From: the human T2T-CHM13v2.0 reference genome, Homo sapiens
Strand: one strand, 5' to 3'
Length of the DNA stretch: 64,000 nt
Assembly (NCBI RefSeq): GCF_009914755.1
Contig: NC_060936.1
Below are positions 38,036 to 51,619 of the stretch, piece after piece. The translations under genes were made by a program, and so were the position numbers. The stretch's first letter is position 1; every line of letters starts with the position of its first letter. Under the pieces are notes generated by a model that was not told the origin of the DNA, ran no database searches, and saw only the letters and a list, made by a program, of their open reading frames with translations.

Positions 38036-39393
38036 TGAAATCTCCAGCTGCAAATTCCACAAAAAGGGTGTTTAACATCTGCTCTTCTAAAGGAAAGTTC
38101 AACTCTATGAGTTGAATACACACAGCACAAAGAAGTTACTGAGACTTCTCCTATCAAACATTATATGAAGAAATCCCGTTTCCAACGAAGGCCTCAAAGA
38201 GGTCCAAATGTCTGCTTGCAGACTTTACAGACAGAGTGTTTCCAAACTGCTCCATCAAAAGAAAGGTTAAACTCCTTGAGTTGAACACACACATCACAAA
38301 GTAGTTTCTGTGAATGATTCTGTCTAGTTTTTATACGAAGATGTTTCCTTTTCTACCTTTGGTCTCAAAGCGATTGAAATCTCCACATGGAAACTCCACA
38401 AAAAGAGTGTTTCAAATCTGCTCTTTCTGAAGGAAGGTTCAACTCTGTGAGTTGAATACACACACCACAAATAAGTTACTGAGAATTCTTCTGTGTAACA
38501 TTATATGAGGAAATCCCGTTTCCAACGAAGGCCTCAAAGAGGTCCAAATATCCACTTGCAGACTTTACAAAGACAGTGTCTCCAAACTCCTCCATCAAAA
38601 GAAAGGTTATACTCTGTGAATTGAACGCACACATCACAAAGTAGTTTCTGAGAATGATTCTGTCTAGTTTTTATACGAAGATATTTCCTTTTCTACATTT
38701 GGCCTAAAAGCGCTTGAAATCTCCACCTGCAAATATCACAAAAAGAGGGTTTCACATCTGCTCTGTCTAAAGGACAGTTCACCTCTGTGAGTTGAATAGA
38801 GGCAACACAAAGAACTTACTCAGTATTCTTCTTTCTAGCGTTCTATGAAGAAATCCCGTTTCCAACGAAGGCCTCAAAGAGGTCAAATATCTGCTTGCAG
38901 ACTTTACAGACAGAGTGTTTCCAAACTACTCTATGAAAAGAAAGCTTAAACTCCTTGAGTTGAACGCACACATCACAAAGTAGTTTCTGAGAATGATTCT
39001 GTCTAGTTTTTATACGAAGATGTTTCCTTTTCTACATTTGGTCTCAAAGCTCTTGAAATCTCCAACTGGAAACTGCACAAATAGGCTGTTTCAAATCTGC
39101 TCTGTCTAAAGGAAGGTTCAGCTCTGTGAGTTGAATACACACACCACAAATAAGTTACTGAGAATTCTTCTGTCGAACATTACTTGAAGAAATCCCGTTT
39201 CCAACGAAGGCCTCAAAGAGGTCCAAATATCCACTTGCAGACGTTACAAACAGAGTGTTTCCAAACTGCTCCATCAAAAGAAAGGTTAAACTCTGTGAGC
39301 TGAACACACACATCAAAAAGAAGTTTCTGTGAATGATTCTGTCTAGATTTTATAAGAAGATGTTTCCTTTTCTACCGTAGGCCTCAAAGCGCT

Positions 39394-40752
39394 TGAAATC
39401 TCCAGCTGCAAATTCCACAAAAAGGGTGTTTAACATCTGCTCTTCTAAAGGAAAGTTCAACTCTATGAGTTGAATACACACAGCACAAAGAAGTTACTGA
39501 GACTTCTCCTATCAAACATTATATGAAGAAATCCCGTTTCCAACGAAGGCCTCAAAGAGGTCCAAATATCTGCTTGCAGACTTTACAGACAGAGTGTTTC
39601 CAAACTGCTCCATCAAAAGAAAGGTGAAACTCCTTGAGTTGAACACACACATCACAAAGTAGTTTCTGTGAATGATTCTGTCTAGTTTTTATACGAAGAT
39701 GTTTCCTTTTCTACCTTTGGTCTCAAAGCGATTGAAATCTCCACATGGAAACTCCACAAAAAGAGTGTTTCAAATCTGCTCTTTCTGAAGGAAGGTTCAA
39801 CTCTGTGAGTTGAATACACACACCACAAATAAGTTACTGAGAATTCTTCTGTGTAACATTATATGAGGAAATCCCGTTTCCAACGAAGGCCTCAAAGAGG
39901 TCCAAATATCCACTTGCAGACTTTACAAAGACAGTGTCTCCAAACTCCTCCATCAAAAGAAAGGTTATACTCTGTGAATTGAATGCACACATCACAAAGT
40001 AGTTTCTGAGAATGATTCTGTCTAGTTTTTATACGAAGATATTTCCTTTTCTACATTTGGCCTAAAAGCGCTTGAAATCTCCACCTGCAAATATCACAAA
40101 AAGAGGGTTTCACATCTGCTCTGTCTAAAGGACAGTTCACCTCTGTGAGTTGAATAGAGGCAACACAAAGAACTTACTCAGTATTCTTCTTTCTAGCATT
40201 CTATGAAGAAATCCCGTTTCCAACGAAGGCCCCAAAGAGGTCCAAATATCTGCTTGCAGACTTTACAGACAGAGTTTTTCCAAACTGCTCCATCAAAAGA
40301 AAGGTTAAACTCCTTGAGTTGAACACACACATCACAAAGTAGTTTCTGTGAATGATTCTGTCTAGTTTTTATAAGAAGATGTTTCCTTTTCTACCTTTGG
40401 TCTCAAAGCGATTGAAATCTCCACATGGAAACTCCTCAAAAAGAGTGTTTCAAATCTGCTCTTTCTGAAGGAAGGTTCAACTCTGTGAGTTGAATACACA
40501 CACCACAAATAAGTTACTGAGAATTCTTCTGTGTAACATTATATGAGGAAATCCCGTTTCCAACGAAGGCCTCAAAGAGGTCCAAATATCCACTTGCGGA
40601 CATTACAAACAGTGTGTTTCCCAACTGCTCCATCAAAAGAAAGGTTAAACTCTGTGAGCTGAACACACACATCAAAAAGAAGTTTCTGTGAATGATTCTG
40701 TCTAGATTTTATAAGAAGATGTTTCCTTTTCTACCGTAGGCCTCAAAGCGCT
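39394..40752 (-). repeat. Variant 8-mer HOR ABCB' (1359 bp), recombinant
   Basis: B' dimer present, but the A dimer carries ggtGaaa (39626) from another lineage. Confidence 0.88.
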
Positions 40753-42110
40753 TGAAATCTCCAGCTGCAAATTCCACAAAAAGGGTGTTTAACATCTGCT
40801 CTTCTAAAGGAAAGTTCAACTCTATGAGTTGAATACACACAGCACAAAGAAGTTACTGAGACTTCTCCTATCAAACATTATATGAAGAAATCCCGTTTCC
40901 AACGAAGGCCTCAAAGAGGTCCAAATGTCTGCTTGCAGACTTTACAGACAGAGTGTTTCCAAACTGCTCCATCAAAAGAAAGGTTAAACTCCTTGAGTTG
41001 AACACACACATCACAAAGTAGTTTCTGTGAATGATTCTGTCTAGTTTTTATACGAAGATGTTTCCTTTTCTACCTTTGGTCTCAAAGCGATTGAAATCTC
41101 CACATGGAAACTCCACAAAAAGAGTGTTTCAAATCTGCTCTTTCTGAAGGAAGGTTCAACTCTGTGAGTTGAATACACACACCACAAATAAGTTACTGAG
41201 AATTCTTCTGTGTAACATTATATGAGGAAATCCCGTTTCCAACGAAGGCCTCAAAGAGGTCCAAATATCCACTTGCAGACTTTACAAAGACAGTGTCTCC
41301 AAACTCCTCCATCAAAAGAAAGGTTATACTCTGTGAATTGAACGCACACATCACAAAGTAGTTTCTGAGAATGATTCTGTCTAGTTTTTATACGAAGATA
41401 TTTCCTTTTCTACATTTGGCCTAAAAGCGCTTGAAATCTCCACCTGCAAATATCACAAAAAGAGGGTTTCACATCTGCTCTGTCTAAAGGACAGTTCACC
41501 TCTGTGAGTTGAATAGAGGCAACACAAAGAACTTACTCAGTATTCTTCTTTCTAGCATTCTATGAAGAAATCCCGTTTCCAACGAAGGCCTCAAAGAGGT
41601 CAAATATCTGCTTGCAGACTTTACAGACAGAGTGTTTCCAAACTACTCTATGAAAAGAAAGCTTAAACTCCTTGAGTTGAACGCACACATCACAAAGTAG
41701 TTTCTGAGAATGATTCTGTCTAGTTTTTATACGAAGATGTTTCCTTTTCTACATTTGGTCTCAAAGCTCTTGAAATCTCCAACTGGAAACTGCACAAATA
41801 GGCTGTTTCAAATCTGCTCTGTCTAAAGGAAGGTTCAACTCTGTGAGTTGAATACACACACCACAAATAAGTTACTGAGAATTCTTCTGTCGAACATTAC
41901 TTGAAGAAATCCCGTTTCCAACGAAGGCCTCAAAGAGGTCCAAATATCCACTTGCAGACGTTACAAACAGAGTGTTTCCAAACTGCTCCATCAAAAGAAA
42001 GGTTAAACTCTGTGAGCTGAACACACACATCAAAAAGAAGTTTCTGTGAATGATTCTGTCTAGATTTTATAAGAAGATGTTTCCTTTTCTACCGTAGGCC
42101 TCAAAGCGCT

Positions 42111-44149
42111 TGAAATCTCCAGCTGCAAATTCCACAAAAAGGGTGTTTAACATCTGCTCTTCTAAAGGAAAGTTCAACTCTATGAGTTGAATACACACAG
42201 CACAAAGAAGTTACTGAGACTTCTCCTATCAAACATTATATGAAGAAATCCCGTTTCCAACGAAGGCCTCAAAGAGGTCCAAATATCTGCTTGCAGACTT
42301 TACAGACAGAGTGTTTCCAAACTGCTCCATCAAAAGAAAGGTTAAACTCCTTGAGTTGAACACACACATCACAAAGTAGTTTCTGTGAATGATTCTGTCT
42401 AGTTTTTATACGAAGATGTTTCCTTTTCTACCTTTGGTCTCAAAGCGATTGAAATCTCCACATGGAAACTCCACAAAAAGAGTGTTTCAAATCTGCTCTT
42501 TCTGAAGGAAGGTTCAACTCTGTGAGTTGAATACACACACCACAAATAAGTTACTGAGAATTCTTCTGTGTAACATTATATGAGGAAATCCCGTTTCCAA
42601 CGAAGGCCTCAAAGAGGTCCAAATATCCACTTGCAGACTTTACAAAGACAGTGTCTCCAAACTCCTCCATCAAAAGAAAGGTTATACTCTGTGAATTGAA
42701 CGCATACATCACAAAGTAGTTTCTGAGAATGATTCTGTCTAGTTTTTATACGAAGATATTTCCTTTTCTACATTTGGCCTAAAAGCGCTTGAAATCTCCA
42801 CCTGCAAATATCACAAAAAGAGGGTTTCACATCTGCTCTGTCTAAAGGACAGTTCACCTCTGTGAGTTGAATAGAGGCAACACAAAGAACTTACTCAGTA
42901 TTCTTCTTTCTAGCATTCTATGAAGAAATCCCGTTTCCAACGAAGGCCTCAAAGAGGTCCAAATATCTGCTTGCAGACTTTACAGACAGAGTTTTTCCAA
43001 ACTGCTCCATCAAAAGAAAGGTTAAACTCCTTGAGTTGAACACACACATCACAAAGTAGTTTCTGTGAATGATTCTGTCTAGTTTTTATACGAAGATGTT
43101 TCCTTTTCTACCTTTGGTCTCAAAGCGATTGAAATCTCCACATGGAAACTCCACAAAAAGAGTGTTTCAAATCTGCTCTTTCTGAAGGAAGGTTCAACTC
43201 TGTGAGTTGAATACACACACCACAAATAAGTTACTGAGAATTCTTCTGTGTAACATTATATGAGGAAATCCCGTTTCCAACGAAGGCCTCAAAGAGGTCC
43301 AAATATCCACTTGCAGACTTTACAAAGACAGTGTCTCCAAACTCCTCCATCAAAAGAAAGGTTATACTCTGTGAATTGAACGCACACATCACAAAGTAGT
43401 TTCTGAGAATGATTCTGTCTAGTTTTTATACGAAGATATTTCCTTTTCTACATTTGGCCTAAAAGCGCTTGAAATCTCCACCTGCAAATATCACAAAAAG
43501 AGGGTTTCACATCTGCTCTGTCTAAAGGACAGTTCACCTCTGTGAGTTGAATAGAGGCAACACAAAGAACTTACTCAGTATTTTTCTTTCTAGCATTCTA
43601 TGAAGAAATCCCGTTTCCAACGAAGGCCCCAAAGAGGTCCAAATATCTGCTTGCAGACTTTACAGACAGAGTTTTTCCAAACTGCTCCATCAAAAGAAAG
43701 GTTAAACTCCTTGAGTTGAACACACACATCACAAAGTAGTTTCTGTGAATGATTCTGTCTAGTTTTTATAAGAAGATGTTTCCTTTTCTACCTTTGGTCT
43801 CAAAGCGATTGAAATCTCCACATGGAAACTCCTCAAAAAGAGTGTTTCAAATCTGCTCTTTCTGAAGGAAGGTTCAACTCTGTGAGTTGAATACACAAAC
43901 CACAAATAAGTTACTGAGAATTCTTCTGTGTAACATTATATGAGGAAATCCCGTTTCCAACGAAGGCCTCAAAGAGGTCCAAATATCCACTTGCGGACAT
44001 TACAAACAGTGTGTTTCCCAACTGCTCCATCAAAAGAAAGGTTAAACTCTGTGAGCTGAACACACACATCAAAAAGAAGTTTCTGTGAATGATTCTGTCT
44101 AGATTTTATAAGAAGATGTTTCCTTTTCTACCGTAGGCCTCAAAGCGCT
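42111..44149 (-). repeat. 12-mer variant HOR ABCBCB' (2039 bp)
   Basis: cgcaTac at 42705 and T43583. Offset 6114 from the 35997 unit. Confidence 0.92.
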
Positions 44150-46865
44150 TGAAATCTCCAGCTGCAAATTCCACAAAAAGGGTGTTTAACATCTGCTCTT
44201 CTAAAGGAAAGTTCAACTCTATGAGTTGAATACACACAGCACAAAGAAGTTACTGAGACTTCTCCTATCAAACATTATATGAAGAAATCCCGTTTCCAAC
44301 GAAGGCCTCAAAGAGGTCCAAATGTCTGCTTGCAGACTTTACAGACAGAGTGTTTCCAAACTGCTCCATCAAAAGAAAGGTTAAACTCCTTGAGTTGAAC
44401 ACACACATCACAAAGTAGTTTCTGTGAATGATTCTGTCTAGTTTTTATACGAAGATGTTTCCTTTTCTACCTTTGGTCTCAAAGCGATTGAAATCTCCAC
44501 ATGGAAACTCCACAAAAAGAGTGTTTCAAATCTGCTCTTTCTGAAGGAAGGTTCAACTCTGTGAGTTGAATACACACACCACAAATAAGTTACTGAGAAT
44601 TCTTCTGTGTAACATTATATGAGGAAATCCCGTTTCCAACGAAGGCCTCAAAGAGGTCCAAATATCCACTTGCAGACTTTACAAAGACAGTGTCTCCAAA
44701 CTCCTCCATCAAAAGAAAGGTTATACTCTGTGAATTGAACGCACACATCACAAAGTAGTTTCTGAGAATGATTCTGTCTAGTTTTTATACGAAGATATTT
44801 CCTTTTCTACATTTGGCCTAAAAGCGCTTGAAATCTCCACCTGCAAATATCACAAAAAGAGGGTTTCACATCTGCTCTGTCTAAAGGACAGTTCACCTCT
44901 GTGAGTTGAATAGAGGCAACACAAAGAACTTACTCAGTATTCTTCTTTCTAGCGTTCTATGAAGAAATCCCGTTTCCAACGAAGGCCTCAAAGAGGTCAA
45001 ATATCTGCTTGCAGACTTTACAGACAGAGTGTTTCCAAACTACTCTATGAAAAGAAAGCTTAAACTCCTTGAGTTGAACGCACACATCACAAAGTAGTTT
45101 CTGAGAATGATTCTGTCTAGTTTTTATACGAAGATGTTTCCTTTTCTACATTTGGTCTCAAAGCTCTTGAAATCTCCAACTGGAAACTGCACAAATAGGC
45201 TGTTTCAAATCTGCTCTGTCTAAAGGAAGGTTCAGCTCTGTGAGTTGAATACACACACCACAAATAAGTTACTGAGAATTCTTCTGTCGAACATTACTTG
45301 AAGAAATCCCGTTTCCAACGAAGGCCTCAAAGAGGTCCAAATATCCACTTGCAGACGTTACAAACAGAGTGTTTCCAAACTGCTCCATCAAAAGAAAGGT
45401 TAAACTCTGTGAGCTGAACACACACATCAAAAAGAAGTTTCTGTGAATGATTCTGTCTAGATTTTATAAGAAGATGTTTCCTTTTCTACCGTAGGCCTCA
45501 AAGCGCTTGAAATCTCCAGCTGCAAATTCCACAAAAAGGGTGTTTAACATCTGCTCTTCTAAAGGAAAGTTCAACTCTATGAGTTGAATACACACAGCAC
45601 AAAGAAGTTACTGAGACTTCTCCTATCAAACATTATATGAAGAAATCCCGTTTCCAACGAAGGCCTCAAAGAGGTCCAAATATCTGCTTGCAGACTTTAC
45701 AGACAGAGTGTTTCCAAACTGCTCCATCAAAAGAAAGGTGAAACTCCTTGAGTTGAACACACACATCACAAAGTAGTTTCTGTGAATGATTCTGTCTAGT
45801 TTTTATACGAAGATGTTTCCTTTTCTACCTTTGGTCTCAAAGCGATTGAAATCTCCACATGGAAACTCCACAAAAAGAGTGTTTCAAATCTGCTCTTTCT
45901 GAAGGAAGGTTCAACTCTGTGAGTTGAATACGCACACCACAAATAAGTTACTGAGAATTCTTCTGTGTAACATTATATGAGGAAATCCCGTTTCCAACGA
46001 AGGCCTCAAAGAGGTCCAAATATCCACTTCCAGACTTTACAAAGACAGTGTCTCCAAACTCCTCCATCAAAAGAAAGGTTATACTCTGTGAATTGAACGC
46101 ACACATCACAAAGTAGTTTCTGAGAATGATTCTGTCTAGTTTTTATACGAAGATATTTCCTTTTCTACATTTGGCCTAAAAGCGCTTGAAATCTCCACCT
46201 GCAAATATCACAAAAAGAGGGTTTCACATCTGCTCTGTCTAAAGGACAGTTCACCTCTGTGAGTTGAATAGAGGCAACACAAAGAACTTACTCAGTATTC
46301 TTCTTTCTAGCGTTCTATGAAGAAATCCCGTTTCCAACGAAGGCCTCAAAGAGGTCAAATATCTGCTTGCAGACTTTACAGACAGAGTGTTTCCAAACTA
46401 CTCTATGAAAAGAAAGCTTAAACTCCTTGAGTTGAACGCACACATCACAAAGTAGTTTCTGAGAATGATTCTGTCTAGTTTTTATACGAAGATGTTTCCT
46501 TTTCTACATTTGGTCTCAAAGCGATTGAAATCTCCAACTGGAAACTGCACAAATAGGCTGTTTCAAATCTGCTCTGTCTAAAGGAAGGTTCAGCTCTGTG
46601 AGTTGAATACACACACCACAAATAAGTTACTGAGAATTCTTCTGTCGAACATTACAGGAAGAAATCCCGTTTCCAACGAAGGCCTCAAAGAGCTCCAAAT
46701 ATCCACTTGCAGACATTACAAACAGTGTGTTTCCCAACTGCTCCATCAAAAGAAAGGTTAAACTCTGTGAGCTGAACACACACATCAAAAAGAAGTTTCT
46801 GTGAATGATTCTGTCTAGATTTTATAAGAAGATGTTTCCTTTTCTACCGTAGGCCTCAAAGCGCT

Positions 46866-48903
46866 TGAAATCTCCAGCTGCAAATTCCACAAAAAGGGTG
46901 TTTAACATCTGCTCTTCTAAAGGAAAGTTCAACTCTATGAGTTGAATACACACAGCACAAAGAAGTTACTGAGACTTCTCCTATCAAACATTATATGAAG
47001 AAATCCCGTTTCCAACGAAGGCCTCAAAGAGGTCCAAATATCTGCTTGCAGACTTTACAGACAGAGTGTTTCCAAACTGCTCCATCAAAAGAAAGGTTAA
47101 ACTCCTTGAGTTGAACACACACATCACAAAGTAGTTTCTGTGAATGATTCTGTCTAGTTTTTATACGAAGATGTTTCCTTTTCTACCTTTGGTCTCAAAG
47201 CGATTGAAATCTCCACATGGAAACTCCACAAAAAGAGTGTTTCAAATCTGCTCTTTCTGAAGGAAGGTTCAACTCTGTGAGTTGAATACACACACCACAA
47301 ATAAGTTACTGAGAATTCTTCTGTGTAACATTATATGAGGAAATCCCGTTTCCAACGAAGGCCTCAAAGAGGTCCAAATATCCACTTGCAGACTTTACAA
47401 AGACAGTGTCTCCAAACTCCTCCATCAAAAGAAAGGTTATACTCTGTGAATTGAACGCACACATCACAAAGTAGTTTCTGAGAATGATTCTGTCTAGTTT
47501 TTATACGAAGATATTTCCTTTTCTACATTTGGCCTAAAAGCGCTTGAAATCTCCACCTGCAAATATCACAAAAAGAGGGTTTCACATCTGCTCTGTCTAA
47601 AGGACAGTTCACCTCTGTGAGTTGAATAGAGGCAACACAAGGAACTTACTCAGTATTCTTCTTTCTAGCATTCTATGAAGAAATCCCGTTTCCAACGAAG
47701 GCCCCAAAGAGATCCAAATATCTGCTTGCAGACTTTACAGACAGAGTTTTTCCAAACTGCTCCATCAAAAGAAAGGTTAAACTCCTTGAGTTGAACACAC
47801 ACATCACAAAGTAGTTTCTGTGAATGATTCTGTCTAGTTTTTATAAGAAGATGTTTCCTTTTCTACCTTTGGTCTCAAAGCGATTGAAATCTCCACATGG
47901 AAACTCCTCAAAAAGAGTGTTTCAAATCTGCTCTTTCTGAAGGAAGGTTCAACTCTGTGAGTTGAATACACACACCACAAATAAGTTACTGAGAATTCTT
48001 CTGTGTAACATTATATGAGGAAATCCCGTTTCCATCGAAGGCCTCAAAGAGGTCCAAATATCCACTTGCAGACTTTACAAAGACAGTGTCTCCAAACTCC
48101 TCCATCAAAAGAAAGGTTATACTCTGTGAATTGAACGCACACATCACAAAGTAGTTTCTGAGAATGATTCTGTCTAGTTTTTATACGAAGATATTTCCTT
48201 TTCTACATTTGGCCTAAAAGCGCTTGAAATCTCCACCTGCAAATATCACAAAAAGAGGGTTTCACATCTGCTCTGTCTAAAGGACAGTTCACCTCTGTGA
48301 GTTGAATAGAGGCAACACAAAGAACTTACTCAGTATTCTTCTTTCTAGCATTCTATGAAGAAATCCCGTTTCCAACGAAGGCCTCAAAGAGGTCAAATAT
48401 CTGCTTGCAGACTTTACAGACAGAGTGTTTCCAAACTACTCGATGAAAAGAAAGCTTAAACTCCTTGAGTTGAACGCACACATCACAAAGTAGTTTCTGA
48501 GAATGATTCTGTCTAGTTTTTATACGAAGATGTTTCCTTTTCTACATTTGGTCTGAAAGCGATTGAAATCTCCAACTGGAAACTGCACAAATAGGCTGTT
48601 TCAAATCTGCTCTGTCTAAAGGAAGGTTCAGCTCTGTGAGTTGAATACACACACCACAAATAAGTTACTGAGAATTCTTCTGTCGAACATTACAGGAAGA
48701 AATCCCGTTTCCAATGAAGGCCTCAAAGAGGTCCAAATATCCACTTGCGGACATTACAAACAGTGTGTTTCCCAACTGCTCCATCAAAAGAAAGGTTAAA
48801 CTCTGTGAGCTGAACACACACATCAAAAAGAAGTTTCTGTGAATGATTCTGTCTAGATTTTATAAGAAGATGTTTCCTTTTCTACCGTAGGCCTCAAAGC
48901 GCT
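46866..48903 (-). repeat. 12-mer variant HOR ABCB'CD (2038 bp)
   Basis: Same order and marker set as 16303-18340. Confidence 0.92.
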
Positions 48904-51619
48904 TGAAATCTCCAGCTGCAAATTCCACAAAAAGGGTGTTTAACATCTGCTCTTCTAAAGGAAAGTTCAACTCTATGAGTTGAATACACACAGCACAAAG
49001 AAGTTACTGAGACTTCTCCTATCAAACATTATATGAAGAAATCCCGTTTCCAACGAAGGCCTCAAAGAGGTCCAAATGTCTGCTTGCAGACTTTACAGAC
49101 AGAGTGTTTCCAAACTGCTCCATCAAAAGAAAGGTTAAACTCCTTGAGTTGAACACACACATCACAAAGTAGTTTCTGTGAATGATTCTGTCTAGTTTTT
49201 ATACGAAGATGTTTCCTTTTCTACCTTTGGTCTCAAAGCGATTGAAATCTCCACATGGAAACTCCACAAAAAGAGTGTTTCAAATCTGCTCTTTCTGAAG
49301 GAAGGTTCAACTCTGTGAGTTGAATACACACACCACAAATAAGTTACTGAGAATTCTTCTGTGTAACATTATATGAGGAAATCCCGTTTCCAACGAAGGC
49401 CTCAAAGAGGTCCAAATATCCACTTGCAGACTTTACAAAGACAGTGTCTCCAAACTCCTCCATCAAAAGAAAGGTTATACTCTGTGAATTGAACGCACAC
49501 ATCACAAAGTAGTTTCTGAGAATGATTCTGTCTAGTTTTTATACGAAGATATTTCCTTTTCTACATTTGGCCTAAAAGCGCTTGAAATCTCCACCTGCAA
49601 ATATCACAAAAAGAGGGTTTCACATCTGCTCTGTCTAAAGGACAGTTCACCTCTGTGAGTTGAATAGAGGCAACACAAAGAACTTACTCAGTATTCTTCT
49701 TTCTAGCGTTCTATGAAGAAATCCCGTTTCCAACGAAGGCCTCAAAGAGGTCAAATATCTGCTTGCAGACTTTACAGACAGAGTGTTTCCAAACTACTCT
49801 ATGAAAAGAAAGCTTAAACTCCTTGAGTTGAACGCACACATCACAAAGTAGTTTCTGAGAATGATTCTGTCTAGTTTTTATACGAAGATGTTTCCTTTTC
49901 TACATTTGGTCTCAAAGCTCTTGAAATCTCCAACTGGAAACTGCACAAATAGGCTGTTTCAAATCTGCTCTGTCTAAAGGAAGGTTCAACTCTGTGAGTT
50001 GAATACACACACCACAAATAAGTTACTGAGAATTCTTCTGTCGAACATTACTTGAAGAAATCCCGTTTCCAACGAAGGCCTCAAAGAGGTCCAAATATCC
50101 ACTTGCAGACGTTACAAACAGAGTGTTTCCAAACTGCTCCATCAAAAGAAAGGTTAAACTCTGTGAGCTGAACACACACATCAAAAAGAAGTTTCTGTGA
50201 ATGATTCTGTCTAGATTTTATAAGAAGATGTTTCCTTTTCTACCGTAGGCCTCAAAGCGCTTGAAATCTCCAGCTGCAAATTCCACAAAAAGGGTGTTTA
50301 ACATCTGCTCTTCTAAAGGAAAGTTCAACTCTATGAGTTGAATACACACAGCACAAAGAAGTTACTGAGACTTCTCCTATCAAACATTATATGAAGAAAT
50401 CCCGTTTCCAACGAAGGCCTCAAAGAGGTCCAAATATCTGCTTGCAGACTTTACAGACAGAGTGTTTCCAAACTGCTCCATCAAAAGAAAGGTGAAACTC
50501 CTTGAGTTGAACACACACATCACAAAGTAGTTTCTGTGAATGATTCTGTCTAGTTTTTATACGAAGATGTTTCCTTTTCTACCTTTGGTCTCAAAGCGAT
50601 TGAAATCTCCACATGGAAACTCCACAAAAAGAGTGTTTCAAATCTGCTCTTTCTGAAGGAAGGTTCAACTCTGTGAGTTGAATACGCACACCACAAATAA
50701 GTTACTGAGAATTCTTCTGTGTAACATTATATGAGGAAATCCCGTTTCCAACGAAGGCCTCAAAGAGGTCCAAATATCCACTTGCAGACTTTACAAAGAC
50801 AGTGTCTCCAAACTCCTCCATCAAAAGAAAGGTTATACTCTGTGAATTGAACGCACACATCACAAAGTAGTTTCTGAGAATGATTCTGTCTAGTTTTTAT
50901 ACGAAGATATTTCCTTTTCTACATTTGGCCTAAAAGCGCTTGAAATCTCCACCTGCAAATATCACAAAAAGAGGGTTTCACATCTGCTCTGTCTAAAGGA
51001 CAGTTCACCTCTGTGAGTTGAATAGAGGCAACACAAAGAACTTACTCAGTATTCTTCTTTCTAGCGTTCTATGAAGAAATCCCGTTTCCAACGAAGGCCT
51101 CAAAGAGGTCAAATATCTGCTTGCAGACTTTACAGACAGAGTGTTTCCAAACTACTCTATGAAAAGAAAGCTTAAACTCCTTGAGTTGAACGCACACATC
51201 ACAAAGTAGTTTCTGAGAATGATTCTGTCTAGTTTTTATACGAAGATGTTTCCTTTTCTACATTTGGTCTCAAAGCGATTGAAATCTCCAACTGGAAACT
51301 GCACAAATAGGCTGTTTCAAATCTGCTCTGTCTAAAGGAAGGTTCAGCTCTGTGAGTTGAATACACACACCACAAATAAGTTACTGAGAATTCTTCTGTC
51401 GAACATTACAGGAAGAAATCCCGTTTCCAACGAAGGCCTCAAAGAGCTCCAAATATCCACTTGCAGACATTACAAACAGTGTGTTTCCCAACTGCTCCAT
51501 CAAAAGAAAGGTTAAACTCTGTGAGCTGAACACACACATCAAAAAGAAGTTTCTGTGAATGATTCTGTCTAGATTTTATAAGAAGATGTTTCCTTTTCTA
51601 CCGTAGGCCTCAAAGCGCT

